Source: Camelus dromedarius
Taxonomy: Eukaryota
NCBI RefSeq assembly: GCF_036321535.1
Contig: NC_087437.1
Span: 111,354,001-111,418,000, forward strand
Direction of reading: 5' to 3'
DNA: 64,000 nucleotides
The position numbers were made by a program, and so were the translations under genes. Positions 35,950 to 49,069 of this stretch are shown piece by piece (position 1 is the stretch's first letter; each line of letters begins with the position of its first letter). Under the pieces are notes generated by a model. That model was given only the letters and a program-made list of their open reading frames with translations. It ran no database searches and was not told the DNA's origin.

Positions 35950-36430
35950 TGTGGTGGGGACTGCTCTTGTTTCCTACAATATTCTTTTCTCCTTTCCATA
36001 GTAATAGAAGTTTCAGCTTGGTCAATCCAGCTAAAAGGCAGTGTTTCCCAACCTCCCTTGCAGCTAAGTATGACCAATTATATGGTCAGTTTCAGGACAC
36101 TGGGACATGAGCAGAAACAGAGGGTGCATCTTCTGGGGTGTTCCCATAATAGGAAAGATGCTCCTGCTTCCTTCCTTCCTTGTCCCTTTCACATGGGCTG
36201 GGATGTGGAGGTGGTGGAGAGCCAACTTTGACAATTTGTTCAAAGAGAAGACTTTATGGATGGTAAAGCAAGGAGCTGGGAAGGTCCTGGGTCCACACAC
36301 AGCTGAGAACAAGTGGTGCTGAGAACCTGCACGACTTGTCTGGACTGTTTCATGAGAGAGAAATAAGTCTTCAGCTCACTGAAGCTGCCGTATTTGGGGG
36401 GAATATTATTAGTGGAATCCAGTGTGTAAC
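35950..36430 (+). mobile_element. MaLR LTR, MLT1J-like
   Basis: CCAGCTAAAAGGCAGTGTTTCCCAACCTCCCTTGCAGCTA ... TGAGAGAGAAATAAG. Confidence 0.75.
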
Positions 36431-36499
36431 AATGAGATAGTCCAGTGTAGCTAAAGAGACGGAGTCTCCCCACGTAGGTTCTAATCTTGATGGCTCCTT

Positions 36500-37270
36500 A
36501 AGTCCATTCACCTACTGAAGGATATCTTGTTTGCTTTGAAGTTTTGACAACCACGAATAAAGTTTCTATAAACATCGTGTGTAGATTTTTGTGTAGACAC
36601 AAGTTTTCAACTCCTTTGGGTAAAAACCAAGAAACACAATTGCTGGATCATATGATAAGGGAACGTTTAGTTTTGTAAGAAATTGCCAACTATCTTCCAA
36701 AGTGGCTGTAGCATTTTGCACTCCCACCAGCAATGTGTGAGAGTTCCTGTTCCTCCACACTCTTGCCAGGATTTGATGTTGGTGTTCCAGATTCTGGCTA
36801 TTCTAATAGGTGTGCACTGATACCTTGTTTTAAGTTGTATTTCTCCCATGACAAATGATGTGGAACATCTTTTCATATGCTTATTCGTCACCTGTATGGC
36901 TTCTTTGGTGGGATGTCTGTTAAAATCTTGACCCATTTTCTAATTGCGTTGTTTGTTTTCTTACTGTTGAATGTTAAGACTTCTTTGTGTATTTTGGGTA
37001 ACAGTCCTTTATCAGATGTGTCTTTTGCGAATATTTTTTCCAATGTGTCTTGTCTTCTAATTTCTTAATATTGACTTTCACAGAGAAGAAGCTTTAGTTT
37101 TAATTAAGTTAAAATTAGCTTATCAATTCTTTCTTTCATGGATCATGTCATTGTATCTAAAAAAGCATCTACGTATTCAAGGTCATGTGTTTTCTCCTGC
37201 GTTATTTTCTAGGAGTTTTATAGTTTTGTGTTTTACATTTGGGTCGAGGATATATTTTGGGTTAATTTTT
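36500..37270 (-). mobile_element. L1MC-type ORF2 3' remnant
   Basis: CCATTCACCTACTGAAGGATATCTTG; ORF 36667-36936 reads NKHMKRCSTS (L1 ORF2 C-terminal region). Confidence 0.92.
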
Positions 37271-37996
37271 ACTGCTCTTTTATTTTTCTGCCTGGGATCA
37301 TTTTCCTGACCACAGCTGAAGAGAGACATGATTTTCATGGATGAATTTCAGGAAACAGACTACCTGCTTCTTCTCTCTCCCTTCCAACCCAACTTTCTTC
37401 TTAGAAGTGTCAGTTGGCTCTTGGTGGGAGAGGAAAACCTTTCCCAGACTGGAACGCAAGTACCCCATCTCCTCCAGAAGAAAGCACACTTCTGGAGAAG
37501 CCCCTGTTCCCCTGGGAAGGCTCTAGGAATAAGAACTCCTTTTTTCCCCCCACTGCAGCTTTGCAATATTCTGATTTTACTGGACAACCAAGTATTTTCT
37601 ACATCTGACCACCAAAGCATCTGTAGGGAAAGATGAGAGCTTTTGTTAGAAGGGATGTGGGCAGAAGTGGAGGAGGCCAGGATAAAGAGAGTTTAAAGGA
37701 GTCTGAAAACATGGCCACTACAAAGCTACAAGGGGCACTGTCCTCATGTCCAGGAGGCACCCTGCAGCAAAGATCACAATCAGCAGACTGCCCCAGCCTC
37801 ATGAGCTGCAAATGTCCCATCACCTGCCTGTGCCCTCACCCTTTCTGCCACCCCCATGCCAAGGGTGGGCTCTTTGCCAAGGACCGTCTCCATGGCCACT
37901 CAGCCCCCAGGATCCACCACCATTTGACCAGGAGTGGCCAGCTCCACTGTTGTGGCCACCTTCCTCAAGGGCCCTCAACCTCATTCCAGAATCTTG

Positions 37997-38451
37997 TGTC
38001 CTAATTTCCTAGAGCTATTATAACAAAGTATCATAAACTGGGTGGCTTAGAACAACAGAAATCTATTATCTCACAGATCTGAAGGCTAAAAGTCCAAAAT
38101 CAAGTTGTCAGCCAGGCCGTGTTCCCTTTGAAACCTGCAGGGGAAGGAGCCTTCCTTGCCTCTTCCAGATTCCTGTAGCTCCAGATGTTGCTCGGCTTGT
38201 GGCAGCATCACTCCAACCCGCCTCCATCTTCACATGGCCTCTCCCTGTGTCTCTGTGTCTTTTTAAAAGAACACCAGTCATATTCAAGTAGGGGGTCTGT
38301 CTTACTCCAATATGACCTCATCTTAGCTAATTACATCTGCAATGACCTTATTTCCAAATAAGGTCACTTTCTGAGGTACTGGGGGTTAGGATACCAACAT
38401 GTCTCTTTTTGTTTTTTTTCCAGGGTAGGGGATACAACTGAACCCATAACA
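37997..38451 (-). mobile_element. MaLR solo LTR, MLT1C
   Basis: ATAACAAAGTATCATAAACTGGGTGGCTTAGAACAACAGAAA ... TTCCAAATAAGGTCAC ... AACCCATAACA. Confidence 0.93.
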
Positions 38452-38516
38452 CCTGGGATGAGGAGGAGTTTGAAATGGAAATGCCTGGGCCCCTAAACTG
38501 AGCTAACAAAATAACT

Positions 38517-38603
38517 TTCCGTCCTTCCTTCCTTCCTTCCTTCCTTCCTTCCTTCCTTCCTTCCTTCCTCTCTCCCTCCCTTCCTCTCTCCCTCCCTCCC
38601 TCC
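38517..38603. repeat. (CCTT)n/(CCCT)n microsatellite
   Basis: Direct reading. Confidence 0.95.
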
Positions 38604-39834
38604 ACCCCCTTCCAACATTTCTCTTGCTTCTTTCTCTCCTTCTCTCCTGTCCCCTCTTTTTCTATCCATTACCCTGCCCTCCCCAATCTGTCCATCTCCT
38701 TAGGAGACCCCAGTGAGGGACACAGATGAGGAATGTCAGGCTGCCCATGGTGGCACCAGCCGGACACAGCTCACAGACAGCTCCTGGGCCCCAGGGAAGG
38801 GGAAGGAGGCCAGGCTAATCTGAACGTCCTTCTGCTTTGCAAACCTTGTCTCCGCTGCCATTTTTAGCAGCAGCTTAACTTGCAGGGACACTGCCCTGAC
38901 CCTCACACTGTCATCCCAGACCTGCGGGCGATGCCGCGCTCTCCCTCCCTGCTGTCACGGGACACCCGCCACCCTGCTGACAGCCAGCCTGCTTTCCTGA
39001 CATTGTGAGGCATCTGCCTGGACAGTCGAGGACAGTGCTGCAGTTTCCGTGGAAACCTGAGTGCCTGTGGGGACTCTAATGGGACTCTGATGGACCACTG
39101 GAAAGGTCCTTCTGCATTATATCTTGTCCGTGGCCTGTGAGACATCACTCACTCACCCTCAGTGGGCCCAGCTTGCTTCTCTGGTGAAGAATTATAAACC
39201 CTGGCTACTTGCTTGAAATGGGGATTTGGGACGATATAAGAACCACAAACACAAACTAGCTTTTATAGGGATTACCTTGCCAATTGCACGGGGGCTTTTG
39301 TTTTGCTATCTGATGGGGGGGGGTCATTATACCTGTAGGAAGAGAGTGGTGGGGAGAGGGGTAGAGGACAGGAAGGTGCCTCATTCCTCCGTGGAGAGAA
39401 AAGCACAGGAAAGAAGCAGGAGGATCTGTTTTGATGAGAGGCATGTTGAATTTTGCAGCCGCTTAGAGTCCAGCAGACACAGTAGGGGAGGAGGGTCTCA
39501 TTTCAAACTCCCTCTTCTCCTCAATTTTGTCCCAGGTCATGGGGCAACTCAGGACCTCTGAAGGTTTGGCTGTCCTGAGTGGGGGACTTTGGGACCAGAC
39601 AGTATGTGGTCCATGGGCCAGTTCACCAAGAGCATCTCCCTTCTGGATCTGTCATGCTGGTGAATGGCTATAAAGACCTTCAAGTTGCCAAAGAGAGGTC
39701 CCAGGGCTGAAGACCATTGATTCTTTTAACTTTGAGAAATATTCGTATTTGCAGTTATTAGCCATAGCATCCTATTCAGGGATTTTTAACAACATAGAGT
39801 TTTGTTTCTTGATTCGTAGGGATGTATATCATAT

Positions 39835-40300
39835 ACTGTTTACTGAGCATGGTTCCCCAGGATCTACCCTCCCTTCCTCCCGTGATGTATAGACCTGCCC
39901 AGCTGGACTACATTTCCCAGCTTCCCTTGCGGCCAGCCATGCCCACGTGACTAAGTTCCAGCAAATAGGATGCTGCAGAAGTGATGTGTGTTACCCCCAG
40001 GATCTCACCTTTCAGGGAAGTGCTTGCCTGCCACACCATTTATCTGGGCTGGAAGGTGGACTTAGGGAGAGTGAACCAGGTCCAATGGGGATGAGACCAC
40101 AGGAGCAGTGGAGCAGCAAGAAGAAAAGACCCGCCTCCCTGGCTGACCTGGTGGATCAGAACTGCTTGTACATCCAGCCCCTCAGACTGCCCTGGACAAC
40201 TCAGACCTCAAAGGAGAGGAAAACAAACCTTCTTTCTTGTCTAAGTTGCCCCTAGTTTCATCTCTGTTAAAGCAGCTGAACCAATGTATCCTACCTGGAT
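39835..40300 (+). mobile_element. MaLR LTR, MLT1J-like
   Basis: GACTACATTTCCCAGCTTCCCTTGC ... CACGTGACTAAGTTC ... GCAGAAGTGATGTGTG. Confidence 0.8.
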
Positions 40301-41274
40301 CAGTAAGTCATTTGCTTTTTATCATGCACACTTACTGGTGTCCGGAAAACATGAGAGTTAAACTTAAACCTACTCTTTCCTGTTGAAATATCTGCTCACA
40401 CGTCTCCTGCTTTTGCCTGTTAACCAACACAATCCATCACTTTCCCCTGGATGATATCTTCGATGAGGAAGTTGGCCAGAACCCTTTAAAAACTATTCAA
40501 ATTCTCAAACAGCCAATGGAAAGGTCAAATCAGATGGTTCCTCTCTGGAGTGGGTTTTAGGAGTTGTAGGAAAACTTCAGGGCCCCATGATGTTATATCC
40601 CAGATTCTGATAACACTTTTAATTTAAGATATTCTGGCCCAGTTCACATAAGTGTATTCGTAAATGTGTATGCCGTGGTTTTTGTCCTCTGACTGTCAAC
40701 CCCAGAGCGTATGAACTCAGAAGACTGAGGACCACTCCCTCTGAGCCACTCACCCTGACCCGCTCTCCTCTCTGACTTACTTTTTCTAGTCTAAGACTTG
40801 AACTGAACTGTACTTATCTGTAGATAAGTGCTTTTTTTTTTCACCAGAAATTAAGCTTCTTTAGAGATTAAAGTTTGGCTCCCTCAGCTTCCTTACAAAC
40901 TCACAGTATTAAAACTGGGTCATAGGAAAATAGTCGTTCTATTTTCTAACCAGACAATAGCCCCAGGCTGTGCCAGGTTCTCCTCCTCTGGGCCTGCGTT
41001 CTGGATGGGCCTCTCTGTAACCTCCCCTCCTCCCTGGGCCAAGGGCATTCACCCTCATCACTTAACCAGCTGAAGCTGTACTGTCCCCTTTTTCTTGTCA
41101 TTAGTAATGTATACTTTTGGCCTCTAGGGGGCTCCTCTCTGCTCCCCCTTCTCTTCCATGCTCCTCATTCCTCCTCCTAGGATGTGTTAATTTCAAGGGC
41201 AAAAGTGCTTTATACGGTCATGGTGCTAAAGGCCGAACTTTTCATCTGTCCTCAAGGATTTAATGCTTTGAGAC

Positions 41275-41680
41275 TGTCACGGATGGTATTATTATTATTC
41301 AAAAATATTTACTGGCCCTTCCTGAAGGAGATGCTCCCTCACTGTCCCCCACCTCATCCTCCAACATCAGGCTTGGCAATGTGACTTGCTCTTGCCAAAA
41401 ATGCAAGCAAAAGTCATCTGACATGCATCCTCTCCAGGCAGAAGCTTTAAGAACCAAAGCCTGGTTTTCTGTGTATCTTTTCCCTCTTCCACAAGCCAGA
41501 CAACGATCCAGAAAGAGGCTGCTTCATCAGCCTAGATTCCAAGGAAGATGAAGCATGATGTAGTCTCCCATGATGGACATGAAACTTATGCAAGAAATAA
41601 ACTTCTGTGGCTGTAAGTCATTGTGGGTTGGGGATCGTTGTTACCGCAGCACGACTTAACCTTTTCTGAGTGTTCCAGAG
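41275..41680 (+). mobile_element. MaLR LTR, MLT1I-like
   Basis: CAGGCTTGGCAATGTGACTTGCT, GGCAGAAGCTTTAAGAACCA, GAGGCTGCTTCATCAGCCT and GCAAGAAATAAAC. Confidence 0.82.
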
Positions 41681-42059
41681 CATGTGTGGAAATGGGCTCA
41701 GGCTCTCTTCTTTCTATGATGCTGTGGTTGGGCTTGGACTGGGCAAGCAAGGAGACTATTGCATCATGAGAGATTTTGTGGAGAGATTAGTCTACCTCTG
41801 CTCTAGGTCTTAGAAAGAATTTTTCCTTCCCTTTGCTCAGCCTTCTTGTAACCTTGATGTCACCTGTTTCCACACGTACCCTTATTTTCATCCCTGGTCC
41901 ATCTCAAAGCAAGACATAGCCTCTCTTCCCAGGCCCCAGAAAGAGGACAGCATACCTAAAGAACTAGTGAGCAACACTGATTTTACTGAAGATTTCATAG
42001 AGGGGATAGAGAGACTTCCATCACTCATCTCAAAGCCAGCTGCCTGGTCATGCTCTGCA

Positions 42060-42830
42060 TGACATGGTGCAGCCTGGAGCCCAAACACTTGAGCTCAAAT
42101 GCTCTTCCACATGTTGTGTGGTCTTAGGCATGTTACTTAAATTCTGTATCTGAGTTTTCTCTTCAGTAAACTGTAGATGAAACATTTCCAACTACTAGGG
42201 TTTGTGAAATAAAATTCATATTTTATGGCAAGACAAAAAATATTGAAACATAAAAAATTTCTCTGCCCTTTGGCCTCCTCTCTCCCTGCACTGTGTGTCT
42301 GCGTGATTCATTGACTAAACCTCCCCCAGCAGCAGAAATACCCGCTCAACCATAAAGAGCAGCATTCTCCTCACAGCGACAAGACAAGTCCTTAAAAATA
42401 ACATTCCTTCTTGATCTCGTAAGGGGTCATGACGGCGCTCAGATCTGGATTCTGTAAGCTGTCAATTATACATCATTTAATGCACAGCCCTCTGACTCAA
42501 AAAAACTTAAATAACTGTGTTTTGACATCTAACAGGCAGAACAGTTCTCAGAGCTTTCTGAGATGCTGTTCCCAGGTTATAATCCTCAAATTCGGCTTGA
42601 AGAAAATTTTCCACTTCTTTCCTAGATTGGCTATTGATTTTCACTGACGAGTTGCTATTATCAGTCTCTAAAAAGGGTGAAAATTAGACTTGACCGACCT
42701 CTTCCTGTTGACAACTTGTTCATCCTTTACCTGTTTCTTCTTGGTCACCTGAGATAACTATGTAAAGGGAGGCAGGAGGGAATACAATGCCTGACACAGT
42801 AAATACATGACAATGTTAGGCATCGTTAGC
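42060..42830 (+). mobile_element. MIR interrupted by an LTR
   Basis: TGTGTGGTCTTAGGCATGTTACTTAA ... (to 42202), with the 3' part ACAATGCCTGACACAGTAAA at ~42785. Confidence 0.75.
42203..42649 (+). mobile_element. ERV1-type solo LTR
   Basis: TGTGAA start, CAGTTCTCAGAGCTTTCTGAGA ... CCCAGGTTATAATCCTCAAA in the R/U5-like part, degenerate TSD GGTT/AGTT. Confidence 0.75.
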
Positions 42831-43020
42831 GTTCTTTCTGTTACTGAAAAATCTTCATCAGATATGCTTGCTTTTCTGAGTTGCTTCCTCCCATCATGTC
42901 TTTCCTTTGACCTTACTGTGCAAAGCGTCCAGCCTCCAGCCTCTTCTCTTCTAGGCTATAGCTCTCCCACACCAATAGAGTCCCTTGTGTATTTGGGATC
43001 CTGGCCTTTGTGATTATTTG

Positions 43021-43072
43021 CTCTCTGTCTCTCTTTCTCTCTCTCTTTCTTTCTCTCTCTCTCTCTCTCTCT
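43021..43072. repeat. (TC)n-rich microsatellite
   Basis: Direct reading. Confidence 0.95.
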
Positions 43073-43819
43073 GTCAACTGTTCCATCCTGGAGAAATTCC
43101 TTGCAGAGAACAGCCTGGAACTCACAGTGAAACTCCTTCCCAGCAGGAAGAGACGTCTTGAGGGATTACATCCCACAGCCCCAGGCACCAAGAATGGAAG
43201 CTAGACTTCCCCAGAGCCCCCCACCTTCCAAGCTGGGTCTTCTCACCTCCTCTGTCAATGCAGGGAGTCGCCGAGAATCAGGCACTCTGCAGAACAAAGG
43301 ATGCTGGCAATTTGTTCCTAGAATCGGTGAGCTTACGTTAAGGTACTATCCAGAACTAGAATGTTTGCATTTCAAAGATTATCTCTACTTGAAGAAAGCT
43401 CTGGTTAAAAGCATTTCCAGAACAATAGAAATTTCTAGTTAACTCAGGCCAACCAAATACAGCTGTATTCGAACGTCCAGAGCCAGGCTTGGGTGGGGCA
43501 GGTGACAATGAGATGACAATGAGAACATGCCCAGAATTGTCTGAAATGATCACATTTGCTTTTTTTTTTTTTTTTTTTCAGTAGCTCTGTCACAGTTTTG
43601 GCTCATTTAGTCTTGTGTTTCATTAAGACCCTCAGATTTTCTTCATGGGTCCCTAGGATTCTGGTGAAATTCAGTCAGGACTTTAAGGTTCCATCTACAA
43701 CCTTCACAGATGTGGAAACTCCTAAAAATACCATCTCTGCCTGAAGAAGTTCCCCGAGCATCAGCCAGAGCTCATGAGCAGGGGCCGGAGAAGGTGCTCA
43801 ATTTTTTTTTACCAGTTTG

Positions 43820-44385
43820 AATTATTATGAAGTATCTCTTCCTGAGTCAAATCTACTCTCTTAAAAATTCCTCCTGTTCTCCTAGTGCATCTTCTGGAGT
43901 AACAGGATCAAGACTGCTTCCTCCTCCACATCACAGCCCTTTAATATTTAAAAGCAGCTGTTCTTTTTTTTAATCTCCAGCTCCCTGGGCTAAATATAAC
44001 CAATTCCTCTATCCAGTATTCCTACATTATGGTTCTGAATTCCTCACTAATTAGAATGCCTAGACTGGAGGACTCTCAAGGTCGTCAATGCCCCGCCTTA
44101 AAATGAGACCCCAGGAACCAAACCCACTGTTAGAACTGGAGGGAGCGGCAGGCAACCCCGGGGCAAACACGGAACCATCCTGCAGGAATACTGTGGTCTG
44201 GTGTCCTGACACATGGGCTGCATTCACTTCCTTAGGAGCTGAGCTGCTCTGTGCCTCACTTTGATGTTGACTTTGCACATAAGCTGCTGCCACTTATGTT
44301 TTCCCTACCCTGTAAACTTGGACAAGAGAATTTTTTAAATCAAATTCAGTCTTTTGTATTCATTACTATTTAAGTTCATCTTAAT
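43820..44385 (-). mobile_element. L3/CR1 remnant
   Basis: CCTCTCCACATCACAGCCCTT-like, GGCTAAATATAACCAATTCC and TCAATGCCCCGCCTTAAAATGAGACCCCAGGAAC. Confidence 0.65.
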
Positions 44386-44929
44386 CCCTTCAAAACAAAA
44401 TTCTAGTCAAATTCAACATGTTCCCTTATGGCACGATCTTATCCTTTCTATTTCCTATCATCTTCAAAACTGAAGAAAAAAAATTTCTTACACATTTGTC
44501 TAAGAAAAATACTGAAAAGAAATTCTGCCAGAGGCAGAAAAAAAAAAAAGCATTGGGTTACCCACTAGAGAGAATTCTCCAGAAGAACGTCAGTTGGAAA
44601 GGCATCCTGTCACACTGATTATCAACAAATTTTAAGCAGATGGCTTGGAAATTAGTTAGAAAAAGAATGAAGTGATCATCATCAGTCAACCGGCTACAAA
44701 TGCACTGAGTAAAAGTCCGCCGCTTCCACCACAAGGGTATCATGGTAGACTCTCAAATGCTTCGTGGAAATCAAATCATGCAAAGGAGAAGTCTCTTGAA
44801 TTAAAAAATAAAACAAAAACAAAAATGAATGAGGTTGGTTTGTTTTTTAAGATGCATGCTGATTCCTAGTAACCACTAAATTTTAAAATGTGAACAAATC
44901 ATCTTTTTCATATTCAAATCCAGTGGGAT

Positions 44930-46275
44930 TCCAATGGCCACATTGATTGCTTTGGAGGTGGGCATGGGGCCCAAGCCAGATGATTCAGAATCAATGGAGA
45001 AACATTTACTGGAGCCATTTAGAACTATTTATTCCTCTTTTCACTGAACTATCCTCCCACTCAGCTTGGAAGATCTAAACCTAGGTTGTCTTCACCAGCA
45101 CATGAACATAACCTACCTGAGAATAAATTCAACCTGGAGGCAAGCAGGTAAACAGGATGGGCAGCTACTATCTCATGATATTTTTTGACATTCTGATCTA
45201 GATGTCTGAAGACAGAGTCTTACTTGGACTTTTCAGTTACAGGAGTCAATAATTCCTGCATTTTGACAAAGCCCCTAAGTTTTTGAAATTTATGTCTAGC
45301 TCACTTTTTCAGTTCTCCTTGCCCCAACCAATAGATGCATTTAAGGCTATAAATGTCCCTCTAAGTATGGCTTTAGCTGCATTCCCATAAGCTGCAATAT
45401 GTCACAACTTACTTAGCATTCAGTTCAAAATATTTCCTAATGTCCATTGTGATTGCTTACTGGACCCATGGGTTATTTAGAAGTGTGTTGCTTAATTTGC
45501 AAACATTTGTGGCCTTTCTGGGTATTTTTTTCTTGTTATTATTTCCAAGTCCCTCCAGCCTGTAAATATATGCAGAGACTCTCATTTGCTATGTGGTTTT
45601 CTTCAACAAATATTTTGAGGACTCCACCTAGGTGTCTTTCTTACATGGGGTCATGAGTAAATTCCACTGTCTCCTAATGCAAATTTGTAACTTAGTGTGT
45701 TATCTGCTGCTTATCTCTCACGGAAGCAGGGGCCTACAGTCCTCTAGATGTAAAGCTGTGCCTCATTCGAGTAGCAGAGGGGGAAAGAATGTCCTGTGGT
45801 AGAAATATTTCATTTGCCTGCCCAACATCACTTCCTTGGAGGAACTATGCTTCCACTCTTCCATATAGTTCTAATGGGGTTGTCAATCATTGTAAAGCCC
45901 TTCCCCCAACACTTTCCTCTGTAGAAATGGGCATGTGACTTGGGGTGGCCAATCAGAGTCTTCCTTAGGAATTCCAAAGGACTGTGAACAGCTACCCCTT
46001 GCTGTCTTCTTCAACAGCAAGGTTTCAAGGTTATGAGTGTGGGGGTGACAGCCCCACAGGAAAGGTCTGCAGAAAGAATAAAGAAACTGAGACAAGCAGA
46101 GCTGAGAAATGGAATCAAAGATAGGAAAGAACCCTGCTAACGTCATGTGAGCACTTAGATCCACTGAAATCTAGAACCTCCCCTATACTTCCCATTTTCA
46201 TAAACCCACACATTTCCTTTAGCTTATTTAATTTGGGTAGTGTGCCTGTCACATAAAACCAAAAGAGCCTTATAC
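44930..46275. mobile_element. Two MLT1K-like LTR remnants (~44930-45280 and ~45795-46275) around an antisense L1M piece (~45325-45540)
   Basis: TGGACTTTTCAGTTAC; TTTAAGGCTATAAATGTCCCTCTAAG; GGGCATGTGAC ... GGCCAATCAGAG ... AACCAAAAGAG. Confidence 0.7.
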
Positions 46276-46279
46276 TGCT

Positions 46280-46713
46280 TATAGTGTGTTGAATGGTGAC
46301 TTCCAAAAAGGCATGTTCAATTCTTAATCCTCAGAACCTGTGAATGTGACCTTATTTGGAGAAAACATCTTTGTAGATGTAGTTAAATTAAGGATCTCAA
46401 TATCATCCTGAATTATATGGGTCTCAAATTCAATGACAACTATCCTTATAAGAGACACACCAGAGAGAGGAGAAGAAAGCCAATGAAGACAGACAGAGAT
46501 TGGACAGATGCAGCCACAAGCCCAGGAAAGCTGGCAGCCACCAGAAACAGGAAGAGGCAATGCAATGTCCCCTAGAGCTTCTGGATGGAATACAGCTCTG
46601 GCAACATCTTGATTCTGGACTTCTGGCCTCCAGAGCTGTGAGGATAAATTTCTATTGTGTTAAGCCATCAAATTTGTGGTTATTTGTTCTGGCAGCCTCA
46701 GGGAACTGCTACA
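46280..46713 (+). mobile_element. MaLR LTR, MLT1C-type
   Basis: AGAACCTGTGAATGTGACCTTATTTGGA ... GACTTCTGGCCTCCAGAGCTGTGAGGATAAATTTC. Confidence 0.92.
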
Positions 46714-46984
46714 TCATTCCACTCAACTCAGAGAGGTAGCCAAGGAGTGTTCTTTGAACCCTGATATCTTATAATGTGTCAGACAACAGGGACTGAGCCA
46801 ACAGATGCGGTGCTATATTCCAGATTGCTCATTCCCTCTGACCAGCAAAGTCTTCTCACTGGCTTAGTCTGGGCGTGCCTGCCTCATTCTTCACTCAGAA
46901 TGCATTATCTCCCAGGAGTCACCTTAAAAATAGGTTTCTGGTGAATCTGTTCTCCCTTCCCTCTACCTACCATAGGAAAGTATT

Positions 46985-47190
46985 AATAGCTCAAGCATTA
47001 GAGCTGGTTAGAATAGGATGTGAATTCCTTATCTCTGTGAGCCTGTGGATAAGTTGCTTTACATTTCAAAGTTCTAATTCCCTCAGTTGCAAAAAGATGA
47101 TGTCTAACTCACTGGGTGTTATAAAGAGTAGATAATATATGCAAAGCAAGTGACCTGGTCCATGGTTCATTTACTCAGTAAATAATAATA
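46985..47190 (+). mobile_element. MIR
   Basis: CTGTGAGCCTGTGGATAAGTTGCTT ... GTAGATAATATATGCAAAGC. Confidence 0.65.
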
Positions 47191-47243
47191 ATATATAATA
47201 ATAAATCATCATCATAATAATATATTTATAATAATAAACTAAG

Positions 47244-47834
47244 TGTATCAGTCAGTTTGGGCTGCTGTAACAAAAATATCAAAGACTAAGTGACTTAAAC
47301 AACGTAAACTTATTCCTTGGGGTTCTGGAGGATGAAGGTCTGAGATTGGGGTGCCAGCATGGTTGGGTTCTGGTGAGGGCCAGGGCCCTTTTCCTGGCTT
47401 GCAGACAGCTGCTTTCTGCTTGTGTTCATGTGGAGGGAATGTGATGTGCAGAGAGGGAGAGAGACAGAGAGAGACAGAGAGAGTGAGTTCTTCTCTGGCT
47501 TCTTTGTCTAACAGCTCTAATCCCTTCATGACTCAATTACCTCCCAAAGGCTCCACTTCCTAAAACCATCACATTGGGGTTTAGGCTTCAGTAGATGAAT
47601 TGGAAGGGAGGGTATAGCTCAGTGGTAGAGTGCCTGCTTAGCATACACGAGGTCCTGGGTTCAATCCCCAGTAACAACATTAAAAATAAATAGAATTAAT
47701 TACCTCTTCCCTAAAAAAAACAAAAGAGAGAGAGACATTAAAAATATACATATATTTATTTATATGAATTTATATGAATACATATATATATATGAATTGA
47801 TTACTGGGGAGACACAAACATTCAATCCATAGCA
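47244..47834 (-). mobile_element. MaLR solo LTR, MLT1A-type, interrupted by a SINE
   Basis: TGTATCAGTCAGTTTGGGCTGCTGTAACAAA ... CCATCACATTGGGG ... ACACAAACATTCAATCCATAGCA; TSD CTAAG/CTATG. Confidence 0.9.
47604..47791 (+). mobile_element. tRNA-Ala(AGC)-derived SINE of the camelid type
   Basis: A box TAGCTCAGTGG 47615-47625, B box GGTTCAATCCC 47658-47668, A/AT-rich tail, candidate TSD ATGAATTG (47595-47602 and 47792-47799). Confidence 0.9.
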
Positions 47835-47899
47835 CTATGGTATGTTGCTAGATATATTTGAAACCCATCTTGGGACTTTGTTCAGATACTGAGCAGCAA

Positions 47900-48290
47900 T
47901 ACATTCAGAGATGGTACACCTAACTTCATGGCGGGAAATCAAAATTTGCCAGGGATGGTTTAGGAGTAGGCTTGGGACTCAGACGAGGAAGTCTGCTAGG
48001 GTCTTCTGGGAAAGATTTCCTCCCTGATAAAAATAGGCAAACAAAGAGGCATCCATCCACACTTTGTGCTTTTGGACACCATGATGTAAAAATACAGTGC
48101 CTAGAGTGCTGGCAGCCACCTTGTGACCATGAGGCAAAAGCCCAGAAAATCTCAGTGAGAAGGCATAGAACCTTGATGTCAACAAGCTGCTGAGTTCACA
48201 AACTCTGCAAATGCTGTCCTGTAACTTCTTGGTGTGTGACTATAATAAACCCTGATCGCCTAAGCACTCTTGTAGCTGAAATCCTCTTTA
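47900..48290 (+). mobile_element. Old MLT1-family LTR remnant
   Basis: TTCTGGGAAAGATTTCCTCCCTGATAAAAA, GCAGCCACCTTGTGACCATGAGG and AATAAACCC. Confidence 0.7.
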
Positions 48291-49069
48291 AATGTTACCC
48301 AAGGACTTTACATTTTGTGTGGTTGTTCTTGCTAGTGATACACTGTTTTTACGCTTAATAGATAATACCTTAAAGCAGTTCTGTGACAGCTACTACTATC
48401 TGTGACTCTCTCCTCAATGCCAAAACCAAATAAAGTTTCATTTTCAGTGCTCTGTCTTCTATTGAAACATTTTCCTGTCATTTGTGGAGGGAAAAAAATC
48501 ATTCTCCACCAAAATCACTCTTCCTATAAATCTCAGCACATGGTGATTAATTTCTGTGGTGGAAATATTTCCCTCATTAAAATCTAATCAGAGCATGTGC
48601 TTCGTCTGGGGACTGGGTGAGCCGGAGAGCAACTTTCTAAAACTATGTGCTGGATCAGACACAGTGAGGAGCTGTGTTTCTGAAAGTTGAATTTTATTTG
48701 ATGGTGAGCTTTGTCTTGTTTCTTTTCAGTCTTCCCTATATAAGTTCTCTTGAACAGAGGCCAGATTCTTCCCTCCTCCCCTCAGCACCAGGTAGGTCTC
48801 CCTACAAGGGGCTCAAGAGTTCAAGCTGCTGGGTGACGGACGGTGACTAATCTAAGGCAGGCTGAGGGGAAACCCCTGCTCTTCCGGGCATAAATCCTCT
48901 CCACTCAGCTAATGCAGGCAGGACAGGGTCATTCTCCCTGGTTAGAGGAAAGCCCAAGAGAATGCCTTCTACTCGCATAAGAGTTAACCCTTCACTGCCA
49001 GGGTTATTCAGAGGATTCAGAGCATTTGGATGCTACAGGGCCAAGTTTCATCTCTTCTTCTTCATCTTT

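Noticed and set aside
47606..47680. tRNA-Ala(AGC) gene
   Set aside because: Anticodon and acceptor stems are broken, and it has a SINE tail and TSD, so it is a SINE head
48630..48689. 14-bp imperfect inverted ends around a small hairpin
   Set aside because: Too short to separate from chance or a decayed MITE
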